A DNA stretch of 64,000 bases from Cyanophora paradoxa CCMP329 (lineage: Eukaryota; Plantae; Glaucophyta): NCBI GenBank assembly GCA_004431415.1, contig QPMI01000221.1, positions 1 to 64,000 on the forward strand, given 5' to 3'. The position numbers were made by a program, and so were the translations under genes. The notes under the pieces were generated by a model. The model saw only the letters and a list, made by a program, of their open reading frames with translations. It did not search any database and was not told the origin of the DNA. This document shows positions 35,285-47,533 of the stretch, piece by piece (positions within the stretch are counted from its first letter, which is position 1; the number at the start of each line of letters is the position of its first letter).

Positions 35285-38200
35285 CTGTAGGAATGCTTAA
35301 ATTGCCGCGTAGTTAAATTGCCGAATTCGACCAAAACCGGAACAAGATCCGTGCTCCTGCGGAGCACTAAGTACGGCGAAGCCTCGCGGACGCCCTCGCG
35401 GCTGTCACAGTAGGAGGCCAGCTGGACCCGGCCCCGCCCAGCTGCATGGCCGGGTTTCGCCGGCTTGGCACCGGCCATGGGCTGGCCCGCTTTAGCCAGC
35501 TCGAGGGAGAGCTGGCTGGCCAGAGAGCAATGTAATGAGGAGAGGAATATATAATTAACTAGGGGAGACCGGAGTTGAACCGGTAACGCTTGCTTTTAAC
35601 TGGTGGAGCAGATTGAGAGGAGATTAACTATATAATATTGTTGGAGGGAGGCCGCCGGGCCTGGAGGGGCGAGGTTCTCGCGGCCAGGCGCATGCACAGA
35701 GCTTGGGAATCGCTTAAACAGAATCTAGAATGCATATAGCATCGATGTGCAGGGGTGCGGAGGCAAGGGCACACGGAAAGCTTTGCAGGCCTGGCCAGGA
35801 TCGAATTTTCGGGTCGGCTGGATTCTCGCGCCCTGTCGCATCTCTAGAGTTCGCGAAAAGCTTGACAAAGATCTCAAACTACTGTTGTAGGGATGCGCAC
35901 GCGTGAGGATGCGAGGGCGCGCGGAAAGCTGTGCAGGTCCGTCCAGGATCGAATTTTCGGCGTCGGCTGGGTCCTCGCGGCCGGCGCATTTAGAGACCGT
36001 GCGGAATGCTTTGTCTACATCTCAAATGCTTATGCTATCGTTCCGCGCATGCGCCGCGGCGTTGGCGCGCGGAAAGCTGTCCAGGTTTGTGCAGGATCGA
36101 ATTTTTGATGTCCGTACCTTCTTGCGCTATTCCGGCTCCGAAAAGCAGATTTCGGGGTGCGCAGGCCCTGCTATGTCTATGCGCGCCAGTACGCATCGAA
36201 TGCGCGCCTCGCGGAACCGGCCGGAACCGGCCGGATCAAATTTTCGCCTACTGTTCGGACTGGAGCGTTGACGGCGCCCGAAATCGAGCTTGCGTCGATG
36301 CGCTCGCCCTCGCCGTCACTCTTTATCGTTCTGGGGCGTCCCTGGCGCGATTTCGTCGCGGGACCGGGCGGGACCGGGTCCCACCTTCTGACCTGGACTG
36401 CATTTGTCGGAGGTTAAGGACCGGATTTGATCCAGAGGGAAATTTGATATTCGCGCGACGCCCACGGGGAGCGGTCGTCTTAGGGAGCCAGGACGCTAAA
36501 AATGGATCTAGAGAGGTGTGTGGGGTTAGGGTAGCTGAGTCATTAGCGGCAATCGTGACCGTGTCGAGGCAGAATTAATAATTCTGCCTCGAGGAGTGCG
36601 ACACGGAAATTATTTATCAGGGGGATCTCGAGTGGAAAAAAAGGTTAAAAAAGGAATTTATATCGCGGTTTTTGGGTTTGAGACAAGATCCGTGCTCCTG
36701 CGGAGCACTAAGTACGGCGAAGCCTCGCGACGCCCTCGCGGCTGTCACAGTAGGCCTATAGGGCACTGGCCAGCGGCCTGGCCGATCGCGAACAGCTTTC
36801 TGGTTGGAAGCTGGCCGGCTGACGGCCAGTCCAGCTACCGCTGGCCGCTAGAGGAATATAACTAGAGGAATATTAATGTACTGAGGAAATAAAGGGAGGC
36901 CGGAGCAGGTTGAGATTAGAGGAGATGAATTATATATAATATTGTTGAGAGGGAGGCCGGGAGGGGCAAGGTTCTCGCGGCCAGGCGCATGCACAGAGCT
37001 TGCGAATCGCTTAAACAGAATCTTGAATGCATATAGCTATAGCATCGATGTGCGGGGCTGCGGAGCTCGAGGCGAGGGCGCGCGGAAAGATGTGCAGGTC
37101 CATGCAGGATCGAATTTTCGGGTCGGCTGGGTCCTCGCGGCCCGTCGCATACGCAAAGCGTGCGGAAGACTTTGCCTACATCTTAAATGCTTATGCTATC
37201 GTTCGCGCATGCGCCGCGGCGTGGGCGCGCGGAAAGATGTCAGGGCGCGTGCAGGATCGAATTTTGGCCGTCGGGTACCTTCCTGCGCTGTTCCGGCTCC
37301 GAAAAGCGGATTTCGGGGTGCGCAGGCCCTGCTATGTCCATGCGCGCCAGTACGCATCGATTGCGCGCGTCGCGGACCGGGCGGGACCGGCTAGCGCTGG
37401 ATCAAATTTCGGCCGACTCTTCGCACTGGAGCGTCGACGGCGCTTGAAATCGAGCTTGCGGCGATGCGCTCGCCCTCGCGCGGCATTCTGTATCGTTCTG
37501 GGGCGTCCCTGGCGCGATTTCGTCGCGGGACCGGCGGGACCGGGTCCACCTTCTGACTCGGACTGCATTTGTCGGAGGTTAAGTACCGGAATTGATCCAG
37601 AGGGAAATTCGATTTTCGCGCGACGCCCACGGGCGAGCGGTCGTCTTAGGGGAGCCACGACGCTAAAAATGGATCTAGAGAGGTCTGTGGGGGTTAGGGT
37701 AGCTGAGTCATTAGCGGCAATCGCGTCCGTGTCGAGGCAGAATTAATAATTCGTCCTCGAGGGAGTGCGACGCGGAAATTATTTAGCAGGGGGATCTTGA
37801 GTGGAAAAAAAGGTTAAAAAAGGAATTTATATCGGCGGTTTTTGGTTTGAGACAAGATCCGTGCTCCTGCGGAGCACTAAGTACGGCGAAGCCTCGCGGA
37901 CGCCCTCGCGGCTGTCACAGTAGGAGGCCAGCTGGACCCGCCCCGCCCAGCTGCATGGCCGGGTTTCGCCGGCTTGGCACCGGCCATGGGCTGGCCCGCT
38001 TTAGCCAGCTCGAGGGAGAGCTGGCTGGCCAGAGAGCAATGTAATGAGGAGAGGGAATATATAATTAACTAGGGGAGACCGGAGTTGAACCGGTAACGCT
38101 TGCTTTTAACTGGTGGAGCAGATTGAGAGGAGATTAACTATATAATATTGTTGGGAGGGAGGCCGCCGGGCCTGGGAGGGGCGAGGTTCTCGCGGCCAGG

Positions 38201-39522
38201 CGCATGCACAGAGCTTGGGAATCGCTTAAACAGAATCTAGAATGCATATAGCATCGATGTGCAGGGGTGCGGAGGCAAGGGCACACGGAAAGCTTTGCAG
38301 GCCTGGCCAGGATCGAATTTTCGGGGTCGGCTGGATTCTCGCGCCCTGTCGCATCTCTAGAGTTCGCGAAAAGCTTGACAAAGATCTCAAACTACTGTTG
38401 TAGGGATGCGCACGCGTGAGGATGCGAGGGCGCGCGGAAAGCTGTGCAGGTCCGTCCAGGATCGAATTTTCGGCGTCGGCTGGGTCCTCGCGGCCCGGCG
38501 CATTTAGAGACCGTGCGGAATGCTTTGTCTACATCTCAAATGCTTATACTATTGCTCCGCGCATGCGCCGCGGCGTTGGCGCGCGGAAAGCTGTCCAGGT
38601 TTGTGCAGGATCGAATTTTTGATGTCCGGTACCTTCTTGCGCTATTCCGGCTCCGAAAAGCAGATTTCGGGGTGCGCAGGCCCTGCTATGTCTATGCGCG
38701 CCAGTACGCATCGAATGCGCGCCTCGCGGAACCGGCCGGAACCGGCCGGATCAAATTTTCGGCCTACTGTTCGGACTGGAGCGTTGACGGCGCCCGAAAT
38801 CGAGCTTGCGTCGATGCGCTCGCCCTCGCCCGTCACTCTTTATCGTTCTGGGGCGTCCCTGGCGCGATTTCGTCGCGGGACCGGCGGGACCGGGTCCCAC
38901 CTTCTGACCTGGACTGCATTTGTCGGAGGTTAAGGACCGGATTTGATCCAGAGGGAAATTTGATATTCGCGCGACGCCCACGGGGAGCGGTCGTCTTAGG
39001 GAGCCAGGACGCTAAAAATGGATCTAGAGAGGTGTGTGGGGGTTAGGGTAGCTGAGTCATTAGCGGCAATCGTGACCGTGTCGAGGCAGAATTAATAATT
39101 CTGCCTCGAGGGAGTGCGACACGGAAATTATTTATCAGGGGGGATCTCGAGTGGAAAAAAAGGTTAAAAAAGGAATTTATATCGGCAGAATTAATAATTC
39201 TGCCTCGAGGGAGTGCGACACGGAAATTATTTATCAGGGGGGATCTCGAGTGGAAAAAAAGGTTAAAAAAGGAATTTATATCGGCGGTTTTTGGGTTTGA
39301 GAAAGAGGCTTCGCCTGAAAGAGGCTTCGCCTGAAAGAGGCTTCGCCTGATTGCCATGGCGATAAATTGCCGAAACGCTGGATTTCTTCTATGGCGCCAT
39401 ACAAAAGCGGTTGCTTACGCCTACCCCCTGAGCATTGCCGCGGCTCTAAATTGCCGAATTCGGCCTCTCGGCAATTAAATTTACGGCAATTTAAAACATC
39501 GGCTAAAAAAGCAATCCTACAG
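35285..39522 (-). mobile_element. Tc1/mariner-type MITE (TA TSD), split by the Helentron array
   Basis: TA|CTGTAGGAATGCTT ... AAGCAATCCTACAG|TA (13/14 TIR match); internal AAATTGCCG repeats on both sides of the insertion. Confidence 0.8.
35342..39349 (-). mobile_element. Non-autonomous Helentron/Helitron2 (HINE/DINE-1-like) trimer, bodies A-B-A
   Basis: Bodies start ACAAGATCC-GTGCTCC/TGC/GGAGCAC hairpin-GGCGAAGCCTC at 35342, 36683 and 37852. The far end carries three stacked AAAGAGGCTTCGCCTG (inverted subTIR). Inserted at AA/TT without TSD; no Rep/Hel ORF. Confidence 0.85.
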
Positions 39523-39797
39523 TATGACGGTCCCAAATAATTATGTCATTATGAAATTTCCGAGCTTGTCTGGGGCGGTCAATTGTATGCATGGGGCGAC
39601 TTACTATAGCCCGGGCCCGTTTTATGACGGTCCCAAATAATGTCGTTATGTCGTCATGTCCGAGGCGACATAATTTGGGGATGACATATTTAAGTGAGTG
39701 AGTGTTACACCGTTACCTGGGGCTTTAAGCCTTCAACTAGCTACTAGGCTAGCCTTCAAGCCTTCAACTTGGCTGCTGAATCAGTGCTGATCATGAC

Positions 39798-40652
39798 TAG
39801 GCCTGATGCTTGACCCCCCCCGGCTTCAAGCCAAGCCAAGCCAAATTTTGGCCTTCCGGAGTCAAGCCAAGCCAAGCACCCGAGCCGGCCGGCTCAAATG
39901 CTTGGCCCCTCGGCTAGGTCAAATATTTGTCAAATGCTTGAGGGGGGGGGTACCCCATGTACGCCCCATGCAGGTTGAAAAGCTGCGGCGGGCTCAGGCA
40001 GGGCCGGCCGCACACTGTGCGCGCGCGCGCCCGCATACCTCGTCGAGCCAGTGGATCGTGAAGCTGATGTACGACTTGCGCCCCTCGCGATCGCTCGTCC
40101 CGGAGAGTCCAGATATCGATGACGTCGACGTCGGACGTTGCAATTGCGTGCACGTGGCGCGTGCACACGTCGTATACGTAGATGCGGTTCGCGCCCTGAA
40201 ACAGCATCGATCTGACCGACTTCCGCTGGCGCGCGTGCTCCGCCAGGATGATCCGCCTGATCGTCCCGCGATCCGTCGGACGATAGCGCTAGCGCGCTAG
40301 CTTATATATAGCTTCTGCGGCCGAGTGAGCGGGCGTCGCGCGCGCGCGGGCCGGGCGGGCGCGCGCGGGGGCACGGAATTTTTCGAATGAGATGTTGCCG
40401 GACGCGTCCTTGCCGATGACTGACTGCGTGGATTTGCCCTTCTAGATCTCCTTCGGCGGCATTGCTGCTGGCTGCCTGGCTAGCGCTGAGCCTACTTCGC
40501 TGTGCCTAAGTATGGCCCTTCCCCCCCCTGCTCCCCCCCCCCCCCATAATATTTGCAAGTATCTTCAAGCACGGCTTTCTGGCTCAAATGCTTGGGGCTA
40601 GAGGTCAAGCCAAGTGCTTGAGGCAAATGCTTGACCCCAAGCAGCAGGCCTA
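39798..40652. mobile_element. Non-autonomous hAT element
   Basis: TIR TAGGCCTG(A/C)TGCTTG at both ends; perfect 8-bp TSD ATCATGAC (39790-97 and 40653-60); subterminal CAAGC(C) repeats. Confidence 0.9.
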
Positions 40653-41105
40653 ATCATGACATGATGACTCCGGATCCGGCGCCGGAACTTTCAAGTTTCG
40701 GAATTAAATCCCGGAGTCCGATCCGACGTCGATATTATTCGACGATATATCGACGTTAACGCGATCCCGGATTTCCGGAATATCAATCGATCCGGATTCC
40801 GGATCCGCGCCGATTCCGCGGACCCCATGGCCACGTGCACGGCCGGACTCCGGGATCGGCCCGGAATTCGAAAGAAGTTTTAAATAACAACAGGACATGC
40901 CATATATATATGCCATGATGTAAACATAATATATATAGTGATAAAAGCTTTTAAGTTTTAAAATTTGTGCGATCTATATATATAGATATATATATCACGC
41001 AAATATAGTGCTCAGAATTTCCCGCCTGCTAATTAATAATTATAAAGCCAAACGTCGACGTCGACGTGGACGATCAACCGACCGATCGCGAAGCACAAAG
41101 AATGT

Positions 41106-42300
41106 CAGGCGAAGCCTCTTTCTCAAACCCAAAAACCGCCGATATAAATTCCTTTTTTAACCTTTTTTTCCACTCAAGATCCCCCCCGCTAAATAATTTC
41201 CGCGTCGCACTCCCTCGAGGACGAATTATTAATTCTGCCTCGACACGGACGCGATTGCCGCTAATGACTCAGCTACCCTAACCCCCACAGACCTCTCTAG
41301 ATCCATTTTTAGCGTCGTGGCTCCCCTAAGACGACCGCTCGCCCGTGGGCGTCGCGCGAAAATCGAATTTCCCTCTGGATCAATTCCGGTACTTAACCTC
41401 CGACAAATGCAGTCCGAGTCAGAAGGTGGGACCCGGTCCCGCCCGGTCCCGCGACGAAATCGCGCCAGGGACGCCCAGAACGATACAGAATGCCGCGCGA
41501 GGGCGAGCGCATCGCCGCAAGCTCGATTTCAAGCGCCGTCGACGCTCCAGTGCGAAGAGTCGGCCGAAAATTTGATCCAGCGCTAGCCGGTCCCGCCCGG
41601 TCCCGCGACGCGCGCAATCGATGCGTACTGGCGCGCATGGACATAGCAGGGCCTGCGCACCCCGAAATCCGCTTTTCGGAGCCGGAACAGCGCAGGAAGG
41701 TACCCGACGGCCAAAATTCGATCCTGCACGCGCCCTGACATCTTTCCGCGCGCCCACGCCGCGGCGCATGCGCGGAACGATAGCATAAGCATTTAAGATG
41801 TAGGCAAAGTCTTCCGCACGCTTTGCGTATGCGACGGGCCGCGAGGACCCAGCCGACCCCGAAAATTCGATCCTGCATGGACCTGCACATCTTTCCGCGC
41901 GCCCTCGCCTCGAGCTCCGCAGCCCCGCACATCGATGCTATAGCTATATGCATTCAAGATTCTGTTTAAGCGATTCGCAAGCTCTGTGCATGCGCCTGGC
42001 CGCGAGAACCTTGCCCCTCCCGGGCCTCCCTCTCAACAATATTATATATAATTCATCTCCTCTAATCTCAACCTGCTCCGGCCTCCCTTTATTTCCTCAG
42101 TACATTAATATTCCTCTAGTTATATTCCTCTAGCCGGCCAGCGGTAGCTGGACTGGCCGTCAGCCGGCCAGCTTCCAACCAGAAAGCTGTTCGCGATCGG
42201 CCAGGCCGCTGGCCAGTGCCCTATAGGCCTACTGTGACAGCCGCGAGGGCGTCCGCGAGGCTTCGCCGTACTTAGTGCTCCGCAGGAGCACGGATCTTGT
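41106..42300 (+). mobile_element. Single complete Helentron-like (HINE) copy, type-B body
   Basis: T|CAGGCGAAGCCTCTTT ... GAGGCTTCGCC-GTACTTA-GTGCTCCGCAGGAGCAC-GGATCTTGT|TTTTT; inverted relative to 36683-37851. Confidence 0.9.
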
Positions 42301-42414
42301 TTTTTGTTGAGAAACTTCCGAGAAATTAATTGGGTCACAATTTAATTTTGGTGTCGTGAATCTCGTGATCACGATGAATGCGATAAATCAAAACATTTAA
42401 CGTACTGTGACATA

Positions 42415-42654
42415 CTGTAAACGTAGGAATCTTCGACAGCGTCTTTATTTCGTCTATATTCGTCAGCCCTGCACTTTGACGAATATTTGATACTCTTGAA
42501 CTGAAATTTTGAATGGAAGGGGTACTAACGGCTGACCCTTCTATGGCGGAGTCGCGGGGCTGACGAAAATTTGATGCTGTCGAACCATATATTTTCGTCA
42601 CGATTTTCGGGTTTTGTCGAAATTAAGTCTCGACGAACATTTCTACGTTTACAG
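42415..42654. mobile_element. 240-bp Tc1/mariner(pogo)-type MITE
   Basis: TA|CTGTAAACGTAGGAATCTTCG ... CGAACATTTCTACGTTTACAG|TA (19/21 TIR match), TA TSD. Confidence 0.85.
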
Positions 42655-42939
42655 TACGATACGCGTACGTATACCGCCGCACGTTACATAACTTTAGTGC
42701 CACGGTGATATTACCCGGGGTAGAGGCTGTAGAGCTGCAGGCTGCAGCTACGGCTCGAGCTTGAACTTGCCTCGAAGCCCCCGGCCCGGAGTTATGCCAT
42801 GATGATCATGATCATGATCAGCCTCAGATCAGGCCTGAGCTCGATCAGGGACCATGGCTCATGATCAGACTCTGAGATATCGATCGCAATCATCCGTCGC
42901 AGCTCGGAGCCTGGCCCCGGCCCGGGCCGGCGCCCAGTG

Positions 42940-43219
42940 TGTCGCGTGCGAGATTAGTGTGTCTAATCGTGCGCGCGGGACGCCCGTGCGGAGTGCAAGC
43001 TCGGCAGGGCAGGGAATGGCGAGTGTCGCTGTAGTTAGTCACCAAACCTCGACTCTGGGTGTACCCGTCCAGATACGGCGTACCCCGACACGAATACAAG
43101 TGACCGCGGCGCTCTAACTAGCCTAGGCGCCGTCGGTCCAGCAGCTCGAAGGCTGACATAATCTAGAGCCCTAGCGGCTCACAAATATAAATGAGCGTCC
43201 GATAATGTCGGATGCGACA
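42940..43219 (-). repeat. 3' LTR
   Basis: Direct repeat of 48396-48675. Confidence 0.95.
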
Positions 43220-43234
43220 ACTCCTCCTCTCGGA
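43220..43234 (-). other. Polypurine tract (TCCGAGAGGAGGAGT) abutting 3' LTR
   Basis: Purine run directly before the LTR TG on the minus strand. Confidence 0.85.
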
Positions 43235-46007
43235 TCCCGCGTCCGCGCGGGTCTAAATAAATACAAATCGACCGGCTACTGCCGGGAATCGAAAAAAGAC
43301 TCAGAGTCCGTCCGTGCCTGGCAACTGCCGGGAATAGAAAAGACGCCGAGCCCGGCTATGTACATGTCCGGCGACTGCCGGGAATCGAAAAGACTGTCGC
43401 CCGGCAGGTGCCGCGCCGGCACGACTCCAGCATGTAGTGCCCAGGGGGCGAGGTCCAACTTCGGGCCGGCGGCCCAGGCAACTCGCACGAGGCGAGCGGA
43501 ATTGGAAGGGGACAGAAGCCGAGGGGGCCCTGCCCTCATCGCGCAGCATGTTATATAATTAGCCGCAAAGGCGCACGCTGCAGCAGCAACGCGGGGCGTA
43601 GCGTCGCGACAGCGCTCGATAGCCCACAGCGAAATGCCCGTCCCAATGTTTAGGGCTAAGCAGCACGTCTAGCGCCGCTGCTCAGGCACACGCCGCGCCT
43701 TCACTGCATTTATCACGGCGTCGGATCGGGTTCCCCCGACGGCGGTGGAGCTAGGAATCTCCAGGGCGAGGCTAGGCGCCGCCCACAAGGCTCAAACCAC
43801 CGTCACGCGTGACGGCAGGTGCCCTGCCCGACCCGTGCATGCATGTCCATCACGAGGGGGACGTGACCCTCCCAGGCGAACTGCCACCGAGCGTCCCGGT
43901 GCAGAGCCCTGAATGGGGGAATTGTGCGTCCCCAGTCGTCGTGCCCGGAGTGGGATCCGGCGCCACGACCGCCTGCGTGTACCCCCACCGGCGCAAGGCG
44001 CGCCCTGGTGCCACGCCAGGTCTTACACGGAGGGGGAATTGGTCATCCCCTGTCGTCGTACCCGGAGCGGAATCCGGCGTCACGACCGCCTGCGTGTACC
44101 TCCGCCGGCGCAAGGCGCGCCCTGGTACCACGCCAGGACTTCCATAAGGAGGCATTTTCCTCTCCTGTCGCTGTACCCGGGGCAGGACCCGGCGTCACAG
44201 CCGCCTACCGACCCTTCTGCAGACGCAGGGCGCGTCCTAGGGCTCGGCTAGGTCTTTGCAAGGGTCTCCCGCCCTGTCACCGCGCCGAGCTGTGCTCAAG
44301 GCTAACGGCCGCCCGCGGCTCATCCTTCCGCCCGGGACTTACTGAGGGACGCTCGCCCTGTCGCCATGCCGAGCTGTGCTCAAGGCTCCCGGCCGCCCGT
44401 GGCTCACCCTTTCCGCCCGGGACTTTCGCGATGTTTCGCGGGGCTCTGGGCCCGTCTCAGCCCAACCCTTCACGGGCGGCTCTTCACAAAGCGCTGCTCA
44501 AGGGCTAGCGCAGCCGCTCTCCTGTCCTCGCCCTCTCGCGGGGTCGGGACGCAGCTCAGAGCCGGCTTTCTAGATCTCATGATCAAGCCGCTCCCGCCGG
44601 AGCCGTTGGCACTGTGGCCGTGGCTTCCGGCCTGGACCACCCGCCGCCTTGACCGCCTTGGGGCCAGGCCGGCCGCATGCGAGACGGGACTCATGGGTGT
44701 CCTTCTGGCGCCGCCTCAACAGGCCGGCCGCCGGGTCTCCAAGCTCCTAGCTTGTGAGCAGGGCTCGCGGCCCGTCGCACGCTCGGCCTGCAGCCGCAGC
44801 GTGCCGCCTGGGTGCCAACTTGTCGGGCAGTTCACCAGGTCTTTGGGCTGGGCACCAGGCCCTTGCCCGCTAACGTTCGGTCCGGGCCCCGGAACCAACA
44901 CGTGCGGCCTGGGCGCTAACTTGGCGGGCATCACCAGGACTTTAAGTTCACGATAGTGCAAAGCTCTCGATGGAGCTGCTGGTGCCTGAACGCCTAGGGG
45001 CGAGCCAGGACTTTATTTCAGGGCTCGAGCTCTCGAGGGCACTGTGTGCTCATGATCAAGCTCGCCCTTCATTGGAGCTTGGAAGCTCACGATTTTCGCA
45101 GGGGCTCACGGGCCGCCTGTCAAGCTCGCGGCATGCCGTCAGGCGCTCGCCGGCCGCGGGCCGGGCATCGTGCCTCTGGCATCGAGCTTCTCTTGAGAGT
45201 GCATCCCGAGCTCAAGGCTCCGCGGATTACATCTCATTTTGCAACGGCAGCTAGGCCGCTCTCAGGCCGAGGAGCTCACGATCGGAGCATTAGCTGCCGC
45301 AAGGGCCAGCTACAGCAAGGGCCAGCTCTGGCCGCAAGGCCTGAGGCCACTTTCCTGGACTTCGCCAGGCCCGTGGACGCACTCATGATCAGCGACTGCA
45401 TGCGCAGTGCGCCGCGCGAAATCGCAGGCTTTCGACGAGAGAGTCTTGGAGGGACTCCTCCTCTCGGAAAGACTGGTACCCGCTTGGGGTTTGCGATCTG
45501 ATCTCGGCCACTGGCCACAGATCTAGATTGAGGCAAGCAGGAGGGCTCGCAATTGCGGCACCGGCCGTGGGCCTCTTTGCAGGCTTCAGCGAAAGAGGTA
45601 CTCCTCCTCTCGGAAAGAGGGGCACCCGTGGCCGCTCGGGCTGCTCGACAGCACTCGATTGGGGCTCTAGATCTCTTTCGCGAGTGCTATTTGATCTTGG
45701 CCGGCGGCCACAGATCCAAGCAAGCCTCGGGGCAGGAGGGCTAGCGGCAGCGCTTGCACTGCTCGTGCAGCATGCCCATGCTCACTCCTCCTCTCGGAAG
45801 ACGTCGTCCCCGACGTCTGAAATTATGTACAAGTGTACAAATATACAGCCTGCTCAGAGGCAGGTATATTGGCCGCTTATTACAGCGACACATGGGGCTC
45901 TCGCAGGGGAGGCCCAGGCTCCGCGAAAAATTGAATCGCGGTTACGAGCAGGGCTGTTCTGGCGGCTGCCCAAGCCGGCCAGACCCTAGTGCAGCTAGTG
46001 CACGTGC

Positions 46008-47533
46008 TCACTCACGCTCCGCCGCAGGGCGTGCGGTTGGAGCCGCCGAGCTTGAGGGCGCAGGAAGCGCGGGGCGAGCAGCCCGTGTGGGGGGGTCGGA
46101 GCAGGCACTGTGGTGGTGCCCTGCCTCGCCACAGCGACCGCAGACTTCGTCTGGGTCCTGTTTTCCCTCGTCGGACCAGTACTCTTGCTCGTCGGCAGCA
46201 TCCTCTTGGATTGCTTTGGCCGATAGTACTGGCCGCGGTGCACCCAGGGCGTACTGGGGCGAATGGGGTGCGCTTGGGGCACACATTTGCCCAATGACGC
46301 CGCGCCGCAACGGGGACGCTAGGGTCATCTGAGCACCCATAGCAGTCTGAGGGGGGGTACTCGGGGTACCCGAGCTCAGACATGCGCCGCAGCACCTCCG
46401 CGACGGCGGCAGGCGAGCGGGACTGCACAGCCCAAGAGGACCCACGTGCAGAGATCGAGGGCTGGGCCCTGGGGTCAGCGTCCCGAGGCGCAGCAGGGCC
46501 AGGGGAGCTCGAGGACTCATCCTTGGCAAACTTTGCCTGCAGGATACGGGTCCGTTTTGCCTCTGGCGGCTCAGCAGCTGCCGGTGCAGGCGGGAACACG
46601 GCGCGGCAGCCGTGGCGCGTGCACTGCTCGATGAAAATATCATCAAGCTCGAGCGGCGAGACAGCGCCGTCACGGGCAAGGAGGCGCTGCTGCAGCGCAG
46701 CGAGGAACTCGCGCATGGTGCGCTCGTTCTCTTTGGCGAAGCCGGCCATCCGAACCTCAAGGTTCTGATATTCCGGTCCTCGCTCGTCGAGCGGGCCTCG
46801 AGCGCGATGCGCAGGCAATCCGCATAGTACGCAGCGAGCCGCTGGCCCGGCGGCAGTGTGTGCCGCACAAGGGGCATGACCCAGTCATGCCACGAGCGGG
46901 GTCCTCGCCCGTGTAGGGCTCAGTGAGGGCCCGGCGGGCCGCATGTGGGCGCAGCTTGTGAATCCACGCCGTGATCGTATCGAGCAGCCCGGGGGCACGC
47001 AAGTACGAGTCACGCACGGCCACGATCGTGGCCTCATCACGCACGCAGCTCTGCTGCAGAGCGAGAATATTGGCATCATCCTCGGCAGACCGCAGGTTTG
47101 CCGGGACAAGCTCGAGACGAGCGAGCGTGGCGCGGTCACGCTCTAGGAGAGCAACCGAGGCCTCATAGAGGTCACGCTTGCGCTCGATCTCAGCGCGGAG
47201 AGCGCCGGGGCGGATTCGCCCAACGATCACTCCGGCTAGTGCCTCCGACTTTGAGTACTCCTGGCCACCGGCAGAATCCGGGCCAAACAAGTACTTCGTC
47301 GGCAGGGCCGACTGGAAGTTCCGCACATCCTTCCGGAACCGGTCGCCATCGGCGAGGCGCGGATTCGCAGGCAGGAACGCGATCCGCACGGGATCATCGT
47401 CCGCCGCAGCGGAGGCAGCAAGTTGCTGCACATGCAAAGCAGCACCAGCCTGGGCATGCACAGGCGCGATGTGCGCGAGGGCAGACAGCCGGCTACGGAC
47501 TTCAGAACTGATCAGTTCAGAAGAGTTTGACAT
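46008..47533 (-). CDS. Gag-like protein with CCHC zinc knuckle (frameshifted in this assembly)
   Basis: ORFs 46757..47533, 46012..46818 and 46008..46877 overlap; CGRCGEAGHHHSAC (CX2CX4HX4C) plus a degenerate CYGC...HWANVC; located after the 5' LTR/PBS. Confidence 0.75.

Noticed and set aside
36520-36535. Telomeric GGGTTAGGG
   Set aside because: Single unit inside each repeat body, not an array.
35211-39708. CACTA element bounded by GTAACACT/AGTGTTAC
   Set aside because: Only an 8-bp inverted match, the right end reads CACTC, and there is no 3-bp TSD.
35342-42300. ORFs inside the Helentron-like repeats (also 59.4-64 kb) as Rep/helicase
   Set aside because: No HUH or PIF1 motifs; frames are not conserved between copies.
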